Source: Owenia fusiformis
Taxonomy: Eukaryota
Assembly (NCBI GenBank): GCA_903813345.2
Contig: CAIIXF020000001.1
Coordinates: 8,060,001 to 8,124,000, forward strand
Direction of reading: 5' to 3'
Length of the DNA stretch: 64,000 nucleotides
The notes beneath the pieces were generated by a model. That model did not search any database and was not told the origin of the DNA. It worked only from the letters and a program-made list of their open reading frames with translations. Within the stretch, counting starts at the first letter, position 1. The number at the start of each line of letters is the position of its first letter. Below are positions 22,456 through 35,200 of this stretch, piece after piece. The position numbers and the translations under genes were made by a program.

Positions 22456-25436
22456 CTAAAATTCTTTATTTTGAAGCCGTGTGGTATCTTTATTTATTGG
22501 TTGTTGTTGTTTCACATTTTCTGTCATCTTTGGTACAGCAGGTTCGACAGCATTGTTGTATGTTATGAGTATGTGGCTGTGTGAGATAGGGAGTCGATTC
22601 TCTCGACTGTTCGATATCCCATAAGTAATGTAGATAACTAATCCTGAAACCAAATGTTTAGTACATCATTTTTGAGAAACTACTATATTTGGATATATTT
22701 GGATATTTATACTAATTAAAAAAATCAATGCGGGGAACGCTGGATGACTATAAACATCAATAAAAATTGATTCGTAATCGTAAACATATTCGACGTCAGC
22801 CGACTGTGTGTAGAAGGGTCAACTGCAATATCAGGCTATAAGTGTTTTAATTGAAAATCAAGCAATCGAACCCACAATTTAATCTTCATCAACATGAATT
22901 TTTTTTTGATTCGTTCTATTGTCTATTACATTACATTGTGATGTGGATAATTTCACCACTAGCCTGATAAGGGTTTAATGGTACCTAAAGCACTAAATGT
23001 CAATAATAGACAATCGATGGTCACTGTCTTACCAATTGTCCCCCATATTCCAAGTCTTATCCATGCCACTGGTGGCATTTGTACCACCAACAAAATGTTG
23101 ATCAACATACTCAGTGACTCAAGCCACGGAGATAGAGGTACCTAAAAGAAAATATACACATATACAGGTTGGACAAAATAGGATTGTATAACATGGGGTC
23201 AATGGAAAAAACACGGAATAAACGTACACGATCAACAGGAGGGTGTTAGTATTGTGTTCGGATACACACGCTTGATTGTGGAGGAGAGGTGTGAAGTGTA
23301 GAATGAGGGTTGGATATAGGGTAATAAGAGCTTAAAGCAAGACTACAGGGCAATTTATAATATGTAATTTATAGAAAAATGCACTTACTACAAATGTTTT
23401 GAAGCTTGTGTTTTTCTCGTGAGCAGCAACAGTCAATAAGCATAAGATTATTCCCGAGACGAAGAAAATTAGAAATCCGACACTCCACCAATATCCTGCC
23501 AAGATTTCACGACTGAAGTAAACGACCATAACAGAAAAGCCTGCCATGAGTGCTGCCATTAAACCAACAGCTAAAGCTGAAAAATTATGTTGATTTTATA
23601 TTTCACAAGGCATTGACATGCAAAATGTCACCGCCTACCATTTGTTACTGACGCCGAACTCCCACCGCCGTTCGCCAGAACGCCGAACACCGTCCACAAA
23701 AATGTTGGAAACTTCTAGTATAACAATATCTCACCACTTGAAGTGGTTACATAACGTTGATTTGTACATTTAAAACCTAATTTCATAAACGCTGCTAAGT
23801 TCTGTAATAATTATATCGTCCTTAAAGTGGACATCGCAATGACAACATGTAGATATATAGAAATCCGGAAAACAGATACAAACCGATTAAACAGTTCTCA
23901 TTTTTTGACATTCCAGATATAAGTATAAACGACTGACGTACACATGGCAGACAATGGGATTATAACATTCTGCAAAATTTGACTATGACAAATTGTGAAA
24001 TTGAGCAATATTCACTTACAAACAGCATGGCCAGGTTCACAGTCCATGAGAATTGTGAATGGCCATCCATCAAGACCTCGTTTAACTCTTCCTATTCCAG
24101 ATATAGGATCTGTTATAACGATCCTCTTCTTTTCATCTGGATCCTCGTCATTTGGATCTTCTAGTGTCATCTTCACGGTCATCTTCTCTAAGGGAATGTA
24201 CCTTGCAACTATTGTGTTTGCTGCTACAAGCGTGAAGACAATAAGTGTTCCGAGAGAGAGTAAATTTGCCAAAAGTTCGATATCAAATATAAACGCTAGT
24301 ATTGCAGCTATTGTCCCAAATGTTGCAGTGGCCACGATAGGAGTCTGCATCTTAGGATGTGTCGTAGAGAGGAATCGAAAAAGTAATCCATCCGATGCCA
24401 TGGCATATGTTAACCTAGCTATACCGTACATTCTTCCAATTAAAGCATTCATCATGCTGACCAAAGAAATTGGCGCCAAGATCCACATCATCCACGAGAT
24501 TCCGCGGGTAATCATTGCGTTCACAAACGGTGATCTTCTGTCGATCATTTCATAAGGCAATATTAAGGTTAGAGCTGTAGATGCTAATGTATGTACAATT
24601 ACAACAACCGCCATGCTAATAAATGTAGCTTTTGGTAAATTTATATGTGGATCAATGGTTTCTTCTGTTGCAGTCGCCATATTATAAAAGCCACCGTATA
24701 ACACAAACAGCATTCCGGCTCCTGATAAAACTCCATGAAATCCAAAAGGAAGGAATCCACCATTGTCCTCGTTTACCCAATGTTTCCCTTCGGAGAAAGT
24801 TAAGAAAAATCCTATAACAAATACTAGAGCCAAAATGTTGAACCCGACAAAGAAATTATTAAGTAGTTTGAACGATACATTGACAACAAGGCACGCCACG
24901 AGAGAGGCAATGATGACTGACACAATAGCAAGGAAATCAGGATAATTCGCTAACCAAGGCATATTAACAACTCCAATGTTCTTTTGAATACCAGTAGCTA
25001 TTGCACCGCTAGATATAGTGTTAAATGTAGCACTCCAGCCCTTAGCTATAGCTGCTACGGCCAGCAAGTGTTCCATGATCATTACCCAGCCGACCATGAA
25101 TGCCCAAAGCTCCCCATTCATAACATAAGTATATGTATATGCAGCACCAGCACTAGGGAATCTGGATCCCAATTCGGCATAACAAATCGCCGACAGTAGA
25201 GCGGCGAATCCAGCTAATAAATATGCCAGTACGGCCCCGGGTCCAGCAACTTGTGATATGACGACACCAGTCACTGCGTACAGACCTCCACCAACAGAAT
25301 TTCCTATGCCCATAAACGACAAATCCCAAACATCGAGGCATCGTTTTAATGGCGTAATATCATCAGTTGCAAGTTTAGTTCTATTAAGTTTTTCACACAG
25401 TGCTCTGGTGCAGACTTTTGATTTAGGTTTCTCCAT
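22456..25436 (-). CDS. SLC7 cationic amino acid transporter-like (CAT/APC family) paralogue A, 633 aa; exons 25436-24020, 23576-23389, 23141-23033, 22643-22456
   Basis: Motifs LKRCL...GIG, AGP, CYAELGSRFP.AG.AYTY, GGFLPFG, MASDGLLF, and C-terminal VPL.PW...S.LIN / YGI.NS. GT-AG joins keep frame (1902 nt). Confidence 0.93.
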
Positions 25437-28268
25437 CTTGTGTTGTGCTTTATAACACTACCAGCAGCATTCAGAATCACAACCTGAATCAGAGAAGACA
25501 ATTTTTCATACATATTTTGAATGTTTTGAATAGCTAAAACTAGTTTTCTATCAATTATATATCTATATTTATACTCATGACTGATAGATTGATAAAAAAG
25601 TAACTTGTATAAATTAATGGTCATCGGTATTTCACAATCACTGTTCCAAACAGTACTGCCTTTGCGAGACTCTATGTACTTCATTACAGTAGTTTTATTT
25701 CATCATGTCAATATAAAACTGTTTGTGTTTATAAAAGATTAGATATGACAAAGAATGGATTAGAGATTACCGAAAACAAGTTGTGAAGCATTTGAAAGGT
25801 CACATGTCGAGTACAGTTTCATACAAAATTAACGTAAATATTCATATCCGATCTTAATCAATTGAGTAACAAAATGGATATATAAAAAAAAGCAAGTTAG
25901 ACACAATAATTTTCTGTTTTGTAAAAATATACACATGGCCCTGTTCAAATAAAACCACCCTGAACTGAATCAGTAGATTTACTTATAAAACAACAAAATG
26001 TGAGCTTTAAACTTCACAAATGTAGATTCGCCAAACTGTAAAACGCCTAAAAGTTTAAATTGCAAGCACATATTTTTTAAATTTTGTCTCAACTTAATTT
26101 CCTACAATCATATGTTAACGTACTTTATCTATTTAATGCGTTTTGAAATACATCATTTCAGTTTTTTCAAATTGAAAGTGTTGAAGAAGTCATATCGTAA
26201 GACTATAGTTTTTATTTTACGACCCTCTACTACTAGATAGTACCTTACCTTCTACTGATACATTACATTCAACATGAACTCTAAAGTATCCAACGTCTTA
26301 TCGCTGGATATGCTTCTATTCAAAATTGGTCAAAAAGTAATCTTTTCACGATTATGAATACACTTCCTTTGGTCTGTTTTTTTTTTATTCACTTCTATTC
26401 ATAATCGCTGAAACTAGGCTTTGGATCAATACATACTATTAAGAAGAAAATGTTAACTGCTATTGGTGTCTCTTCACAAGGACACGTTTTAAATTTCCAG
26501 CAACATCGATCATCAATTATTGCAATAGTTTCAAATTCAGGTTCGTTTTGCTAAATCTTAACCATCTCGCAATTGTCACTGCCAGGCTTTTAATGGTTTA
26601 GTGACCACGATGAATGTATTGTCCAGCTTATGACAAAAACAGCAAAAATACATTTTAAAGGTACTATGTAGCGCACTCTAATATACTCAAACTGCAACCC
26701 CCAATTGTGAATGCAAACAGTGAATGCGAATTAAATGTAACTTAAGATTATATGTGAGATTTAAGCTAGTTCAAAATTTTCAAAATAATTCATAATGCAT
26801 TGATATTGTATTGTAAAATCATATTCGTTCTAGCAGGTGTAGATTGAGAAAAGATTGCTTTTACTTTATTGCGAATAAGTCTCTACCAGCATATTCATTG
26901 TAGAACAAACTCAAAGATAGTTATTAACGTTTTCAAACAATATAATACAAACGTGCAGCTGCTGTTGAATAATGATTTGTATTTTATGCTGGATCATTTA
27001 CGTTTGGGATGCTTGGGGTCACTCTGTTCGTTTTCTGGTAACTTTTTCAAACACTTTTTTCGGTGTTTTCCTGTTAATTTTGAAGGTTAAAAACCTAACT
27101 TCTCAATGTCTTCAAGTTTGATAACGAGCCATACCTGTTATTTTCTAGTGTGAGTATAGGGCCAACCTCACTCAAGTTTTGCAGATTTTTTTTTATTTTA
27201 ATCAGTTTAAATGTGTTTTTCAATCAAACAGTAAATATGAAGTCTTATATGGTTGTTATATTTAATCTCAAACACCTCACACATAATGATATAAGCAAAT
27301 CTTGGCTACGCCCTTGAGTATTATCTTGGATTACCAAGGAATGGCGTTTTCATACTAGTAATTGAAAATCAAACTGGTGAGGAGTATGCCTGAGTATTAC
27401 ATGGAAATATGATAGCATCAAATCTTTTTGGAGAGAGTCATATCATTTCATTGGTCAGAATCCTATCAATTTCATCAGAAAATCAGTTGTATACAACTGT
27501 AAGACTGTCTTTTTAGGTCTTCACTACTACCATACTGTTTTCTTCATAGAACACCTTTTGCACATTGAGAACGCGGCTGACAATGCTATTGCCCAGCCCC
27601 CCCCCAAATAAATTGTACAATCAGCTTTACAATATAATACGTTAGCGTCATAAGATAATGTAAATGAGTCAGTCAAAAAGCGGGTCAGTGAATCCACTTA
27701 TTTTTGAAATTGTAAAAGTGTATTAACTAATATTTAAAAAAAGTTACTTACCGTACTAAGTGTAGCTTATGTTTTATCAATGTATGGCCATCACGATTTT
27801 CTTCAGTCAAACATACGAGACTTTGCCGAACTTCATGGTTTCTATTCACCTTATTGATCGACATGCAAAATTTATATACAGTAGGTCACTGCAATGTCTC
27901 ACCACTCTTGGCTTATAATCCGTTTCTGTAATTCAGTATAACTGAGTTGAAACTTATCAGTTCTGCTCTGTTGAATTTTGGTCGTCCTAATATTTAATCG
28001 TCGTGAAGTTACTTATGTGTTGACCACGGGGAACTTCATCTCACATCTAAAATAGATGAAACGCTAGTTAGGTCGCCACATGTACAGACCACTTGCTTGA
28101 ATATTTAGTTTTATAAAAAATGTCGGCCTATACGCATTTTAAGTGAAGTATTTGATTTATACATGCTTTAAAAGGATTGTGTGAAGCATTCTTAGTTGTA
28201 TCAATAAAAATCTACCGGAGTTGAAGTAGTGAATACCAAGCAGCGAAGCGATTATGTGTGTATATACA

Positions 28269-29992
28269 CACGTCCGTTGATCGGAAGAAATGAACGGAGG
28301 GGGGGGGTAGCTGATTTTCGCTAGAAATCCAACAAATCTGGAAGATTTATTTTTTGCAAGAGCTGCATGAATAAGCGCAGTACACGGGAAATGTTTTAGG
28401 TCTTCTGGGATTTTTTTGAACTGATGGACTTCTAAGATACAAGATCTATTAAAAAAGGCGCAGCGAACGTGCAAATGTCAATGTTTTTGCTATAAATCAA
28501 GCAACAGTGGTCTGCACGACCTATAATAAATATATATAAGCGACATTTTTATCACGTGTTTCACAAAACCAACGATGACAATACAGGGTGGGCCAAAAAA
28601 TTTTGCAATTTTTTTAAAAGGCTTGAAAAGGATCATAACATTAAGGTATTGACATAAAAATTCATATACAGAAACTTTAGGATAGGCATATTTTACCATT
28701 CAAATATTTAAGCTAATACTGACTTCAATTTTTTTCAACAGATCTTTGAATATCAGTGGTAAATTGTTCATGTGTCCAAGATTTACCATTTTTCCTAGAA
28801 AATGTGAATTTCTATGATTTTATATGATTAACAATAACACATTCATTATGTTCTCTAAATCTGCTACAATCTTTCAATTGTTTAACCAATGGCTAGTACA
28901 GTTTTATAATAAGCATCTACTATGGTATTATTTTATACTGCATCTATTAATTATTTATTTAAAAAATGTTCCATGCATCCGCCTTTTACCTTCACTATCA
29001 CACAGACACAAGGGCGTAACTGCAATGGCGCCATCCAGCGATTCTTGTAGTACTTCTTTCCATTTCTCCTAACCTCTTTTAGTTGATCAATAGTGTGTGG
29101 GGATTACCATTAACTGCAATAAACTGCTCCAGGTGCCTCCATGTGTGATAGTCCCAGGGGTTGGCATTTGGTGTATTGGGCAGCCATTTATAAGGACTTA
29201 TAAATCTAGAGGTATCATCCTCCGGGTATTCCAAGGTGACCCTTGCCCGATGGCTGGGAGCAATAGTGAAGTTGAAAGGTGGATGTAAGAACATGTGATT
29301 AATAAATAATTAATAGATACAGTATAACATAATACCATTGTGAGTAGATACCGATATAAAGCTGTCCTAGTATATTGAATAAACAGTTATCAGAGATTGT
29401 AGCAGATTTAGTGAGCATAATGGATGTGTTATTGTTGATCACATAAAATCATAAAAAGTCACATTTTCTTGGAAAAACAGTAAATCTCGGACACATGCAC
29501 AATTTACCATCGATATTCAAATATCTGTCAAAAAATTTAGAAGTCAGTATTATCTTAGATATTTGAATCGTAAAATATGCCTATCCTAAACTTTCTGTAA
29601 ATCGATTTTTATGTCAATACCTTCATGTTATGATACTTTTCTAGCCTTTTAAAAAAGTTGCAAAATTTTTTGGCCCATCCTGTAGTTTTGTGATAATAAT
29701 TTCACTTACAAGTATTTATTACAAGTCGTATAGACCACTGTTGCTTGATTTATGGCAAAAACATTGGCATTTGCACGTTGGTGACGCTGCGCCTCTTAGA
29801 TCTTTTATCTTAGAACCCCATCAGTTAAAAAATCCTAGATGACCTAACATATTTCCCCGTGCACTGCGCCTATTCATTTAGCCATTCAATTGTGAACTTT
29901 CTCTTGAAAAAATAAATCTTCCAAGATTTGTTGAATTTTCTACCGAAATCAGCTACTCCCCCTCCGTTCATTTCTTCCGATCACCGGGCGTG
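28269..29992. mobile_element. Transib-like MITE with ~300-bp TIRs, split by a nested Tc1/mariner-superfamily element
   Basis: CAC...GTG termini (cacgtccgttgatcggaagaaatgaacggagggg / cccctccgttcatttcttccgatcaccgggcgtg); 5-bp TSD ataca (28264-28268 / 29993-29997). Confidence 0.8.
28584..29682 (-). mobile_element. Deleted Tc1/mariner-superfamily element (maT/DDxD-like)
   Basis: ta|cagggtgggccaaaaaatttt ... aaaattttttggcccatcctg|ta with TIRs of ~390 bp; remnant APSHRAR...KWLPNTPNANPWDYHTW resembles WPxNSPDLNPxDY. Confidence 0.88.
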
Positions 29993-30042
29993 ATACAGCT
30001 ACTTTATGAATTGGAAATGCATTTATAAACTGTTCATATTGT

Positions 30043-30519
30043 CACTGTTCTACAACTTGTTACTTCAATGTAACATGGATGATCTTCCGGGATTCGAGTT
30101 TTTTGTTTTCTCGATTTAAAATACGTTTCATGTTGCAGATTATCATTTGGCACAAAGTTACTTTTAGAAATGCTCTCGGTTTGGAATTTGATTTTTAAAT
30201 AAAGCTGCAATTCATGCATCGCTTTTGTTACATTTGACGTAAGTCGTCAAAGTAACCTACATTGGTAATATAACGGACATTCGTCAATGTAACAGAAGCG
30301 AGGGGCTAAATATATGGATTGCAACTTCATTTACAAAACAAAATCCAAATCGAAGAAACTTATAAAAACTAGACTTTATTGTCTAGCTTTGTGCCAAATT
30401 ATGATCTGCAACTTGCTTATAAGTAGGGTTAAATCTAGAAAACAAAAAACTCGTAACCAGGAAGTTCATCCATTTTGTTACATTTACGTTCCGTCAAAGT
30501 AACTAGTTGGTGAACAGTG
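30043..30519. mobile_element. Second Transib-like MITE (477 bp)
   Basis: Termini cactgttctacaact / agttggtgaacagtg, ~120-bp imperfect TIR, 5-bp TSD attgt (30038-30042 / 30520-30524). Confidence 0.8.
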
Positions 30520-32257
30520 ATTGTATTTATATCTGTACATAAAATTTTGACCAGAGGTCATGCAATCATATGATAAGTGGTTTCGTCAAACCGTTAAAAC
30601 TGCCTTTTTGGCAAAAGATATGTTGTCCTTAGAAAACATAAAAAAGCCTCGCCACAGTGAACATCTTTTGATTGCCAATGATCCCATACTGGATCTGAAC
30701 GGCTGAGGTTGTCCACGCAAAAGGATGGGGTGGCCAGTGACCGATGACTGTAGTTTCCGTATCATTCAAACACTTCTGTTACTGAGTTTCTTTTTCTGAT
30801 CAAGTTTTTTATTAATCTTCCGATTCATTTATCATTTTAATCCATATCGTATGTAATGAAATTTCAAGTTTTACCAGTTAACAATTGTATTGAACTTGTT
30901 GAACAAAGAATGGTAACCAGCATTCCTCTTTTGACACATAACAAAATTAAACATAAGGGTTTGTGTGGACTTACCAATGTCTGTATTGTATTTACAATTG
31001 CGTGTAAAACTAGGTAAAAAGTAGAAAATGAATTTTATTTTGAAATAGACTATTTTATTTAACGTGTTCACAGAAAATGTATTGAAAATATATCAATTGC
31101 AAGACATTATAGAAACATGTACTTGCATAGGTTAGTTTCAATCAATCGCTCTATTTACACAACACACATGATGAATAAATTCAGGTGAGTAACCATTGCG
31201 ATGATTGTCGTTTCCGTTTCATTCACAAAATTATCCAAGCTGGCAGAAAAGCTTACGTACGCTTTTTGAATTTGCTCTCTGTTGATTGGTCAGTTGAATG
31301 GTCATTATCTTTGTGCTTATTTTGGAATACGTAATTTAGCATTGAATTATACACTAGGGTTCGATTTTGAACACAACGTTTCAGCTGTATTTGACATTCT
31401 TCTTCGCGTATATTTCCCGGTATATTTGCACAATCGAAAAATGTCCTTTTGACAAATTGCAAACATTTTCATGAATATCTTTCTAAACTGACGATTATCA
31501 TGAAATGCATAACCGTAACATCACTTCCTAGTCTTCATTCCCGGAAGTCGAGACCCGATGTGAATGTGAAACAAGAAGCAAGTTCTCAGGTATTAACATG
31601 GGTTGAATTCTATGTTTAATATATTGAATATATGAATTCTATGTTTAATATATATGACTTGCATGAATTGTAAGCGTTGGAACTTGCTATTAGTATGAAC
31701 AATATGCAGAAACATGGTTTTAAGATTGGGAGATTGTTTTTTTGGTATAAAACGACGGTACGGACCAATGGAAATTTGTCCTACTTGACGCGATGCTTGT
31801 GGGACATATTCATGGAAATGACCATTTCGCGCGTCGGATTGAATGCAATTGAATGTTGCATGCGTATTTCAAAATTGAATGCTTCATTTCAGTTGCGACA
31901 ATCAAAAATAAAAGGTAAATTCCATATAGAGTGATTCCCCAAATATTCGTTTGAAGTTCCAACAATTTGAGATATAGGTGGTTTATAATTTAGGCTACTA
32001 TATACGATCCCAATTGGCCAAGAGAAAAACAAAAATCAATTCCACCATCTTGGAATATTTTGCTGGGATATTACGATAACTATAGTAACTGTAACGGTTA
32101 TTCCCCAATCACTGTATATACTAAACCTACAATAAGCAGTTGTATTTTAATATTGAAAAGACGTCGATCAGGTACAAGGAAATACATGAGCAATATTTAG
32201 TGAATGCAAACGGATTTATATCTCTTGATCGGATTTAACAACAAACATAGAGAAAAC

Positions 32258-35200
32258 ATGTCAATGAAAAACTGCCTGAACGAGAATGTGCCAAAGTTGG
32301 TCAAGAAGCTGACCCGAACCAAAACGCTCGATAGTGACGCAATGGACACACCATTAAAACGATCTCTTGGAACATTGGATATCTCTCTAATTGGCATTGG
32401 GTCAATGGTCGGGTCGGGTATATTTGTCATGTCGGGGACCGTGGTAAAAAATATTGCTGGACCTGCTGCTGTGGTGTCTTTCCTCATAGCCGGTCTTGCT
32501 GCTGTTCTGGCAGCCTTCTGTTATGCTGAATTTGCCTCTCGTGTCTCCAAGACTGGCAGTGCATACACGTATACCTATATTATCATAGGAGAGCTCATGG
32601 CCTTCATTATAGGTTGGGATGTACTATTAGAACTTACCATATCATTGGCTGCCCTGGGTAGGGCATTCAGTGGAACACTTGATTCATTATTTGCTGATGC
32701 AATAAAGAACGGGACGCAGAATGCAATTGGAAAGATGCAACTTGACTGGCTAAGTTACACCCCCGATTTTGTAGCAGCTCTTGTCGTTTTGATTATAACG
32801 GCTGTTGTTGCATTGGGAACCAGTATTTCCACCAAATATAATAAGATATTTTGTTCAGTGAATATACTATGCTTAATCGCTATATTTGGCGTTGCTTTCT
32901 ATTTTGCTGATTTCGACAACTGGGAGAATAAGGAACATGGTGGGTTTTTGCCGTACGGTGTGTCTGGTGTCATATCAGGCGCATCTGTATTCTTTTACTC
33001 ATATGTTGGTTTTGAGCAATTGGCATCGGCCGCAGAGGAGGCTATAGACCCTGCCAAGTCCATGCCTAGAGCATGTTGTATTGCAGTAGCAACAGCTATA
33101 ACACTCTACTGTGTAGGAGGATCTGCTTTGACGTTAATGTTGCCTTTTTACGAAGTGGACCCATCAAGAGCATTTTCAAGTGCTTTTGATACAAAAGGAC
33201 TTCCATGGCTAGAAAAAGTTATTGCAGTAGTAATATTGATGTTCATAAGTGTAACGTTACTCAATTCTTGCTATGGTTTATCACGCAACGTGTATGCTAT
33301 GGCCTCCGACGGACTTCTGTTTAAATTTCTTGCCAAGGTTAACCATAGAACGCAGACTCCTATTTTTGCTATTGCTGTGTTTGGTATTTTATCGTCTGTA
33401 TTGGCCCTTCTATTTGATATACAGTCGTTGGCAGAGCTGGTGTCAATTGGGAGCTTACAAGCATACATTTTTGTCGCAATAAGCATAATAATCATTCGGT
33501 ATCAACCAATGAATAAATGTCAATTTGAATTAAAACAAGAAGACAAAAGCATAGACGGCGAATCCAAACAAATATCTGCACTCGAATCAACACAATTACT
33601 AAGACTCAAGAAACTAGAGGACAGAGGTAATATTGGTCAACTGAAAGAACGTTGGAAAGGATTGTACATTTTAAAAAACACGGAGCCTGGCAAGGCTGTA
33701 TTGTGTTCAACCATTCTAATGAGTGTCTCCATGTTGAGCGTCAGTGCATTGGTTTTACTAGGAACTGAGTATCTTAGAACAGTACAATGGTGGGCTGTGA
33801 TGCTATTGGTGATATTTACGACCCTTATTGTCGTCTGCTACTTGATTATCATAGTCCATGAACAAAACACCAGGTTTCTCACATATCAGGTAACATTTCT
33901 ATTTAAGGTGCCATGGTAGTTAACAGGACTTCTGTTTTGAGTTCTAGTTAACTAGTTCCAGGATCACAATGTACATGGTCAGAATGACCCTAAACATGAT
34001 GAAATAACTTTTTCAGCCCTCTGAAAATGTGACTGAAAAATAGATAAAAGTAGGAGCTTAGGAAAGGTCACTGAACAGAATATTTTGATTATTTCAGAAA
34101 ATGTGCCCAATATATTGCTCTAGATGATCCAACTTTTGAAAATTTGATATCATTCGTAGAAAAAGAGAAAAAATGAAAAACTGAATTGAAAAGCGATCTA
34201 TTTTCCTTTTTATGACGCCATTTTTGTTTCAGACAATTTTCTAAAATTTCAAAGATTGTATCATTAAACCTTATATAAAACCTTATATAAAATAAACTAT
34301 GCTCCAAATCAATATCGAAATTTTGAACATAGCGACTCTGAGTTTTATGGATCGTGGCCTTTTGAAAATGTTGATAGGTTCTTGGCCTTTTTAGCTCACA
34401 TGGTGAGCTTTTGCAATCACTCACTTGTCCGTCTGTCTGTCCGTCCGTCCGTCCGTCCGTCTGTCCGTCCGTCAACAATAGTGGCACGTTTTAAAACCTC
34501 TGTCGATAGGATTCCTGTTTTAAGTTATTTCTGTTCAACATCAATACAGAAAACCCCCCTATGACTCCTGGTTCAAAAGCTCGCCTATTTTCAAAATGGC
34601 CGTCACTTTTGTCTCGCGAAATTCACTTTTAGCCCATTTCCTAGCTAACCTCTGTCGATAGGATTCCTGTTTAAATTTATTTCTGTTCAACACCAATACA
34701 GAAAACCCCCCTATGACTCCTGGTTCAAAAGCTCGCCTATTTTCAAAATGGCCGTCACTTTTGTCTCGCGGAATTCACTTTTGGCCCATTTCCTAGCTTT
34801 ACAAATAATTTCAGGTGTCCTACATTGTAAAAATCCATGTCAATGTAAAGATTAGATATATGAAATAATTTTGTTACAAAAAATCAGGGAAAAATTGTAT
34901 CCATTTTTTTATTTTCAGCCATTTTAGTTAACATTGATTTGTCTATCTGACTCGCGAAATCCACTTTCTGTCAATAACAGTGGCACGTTTTAAAACCTCT
35001 GTCGATAGGATTCCTGTTTTAAGTTATTTCTGTTCAACATGAATTCAGAAAACTCCCCTATGACTCCTGGTTCAAAAGCTCGCCTATTTTCAAAATGGCC
35101 GCCATTTTTGTCTCGCGAAATTCACTTTTGACCGATTTCCTAGCTTTACAAATAATTTCAAGTGTCCTACATTGTAGAAATCCATTACAAAGTAAAGAAT

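Noticed and set aside
23995-25455. Plus-strand ORFs overlapping transporter A
   Set aside because: Antisense shadows of the long coding exon with no recognisable motifs.
33903-34390. Kolobok-like element starting ttaaggtgccatggtag
   Set aside because: No convincing matching right end was found beyond the Helentron-like insertion.
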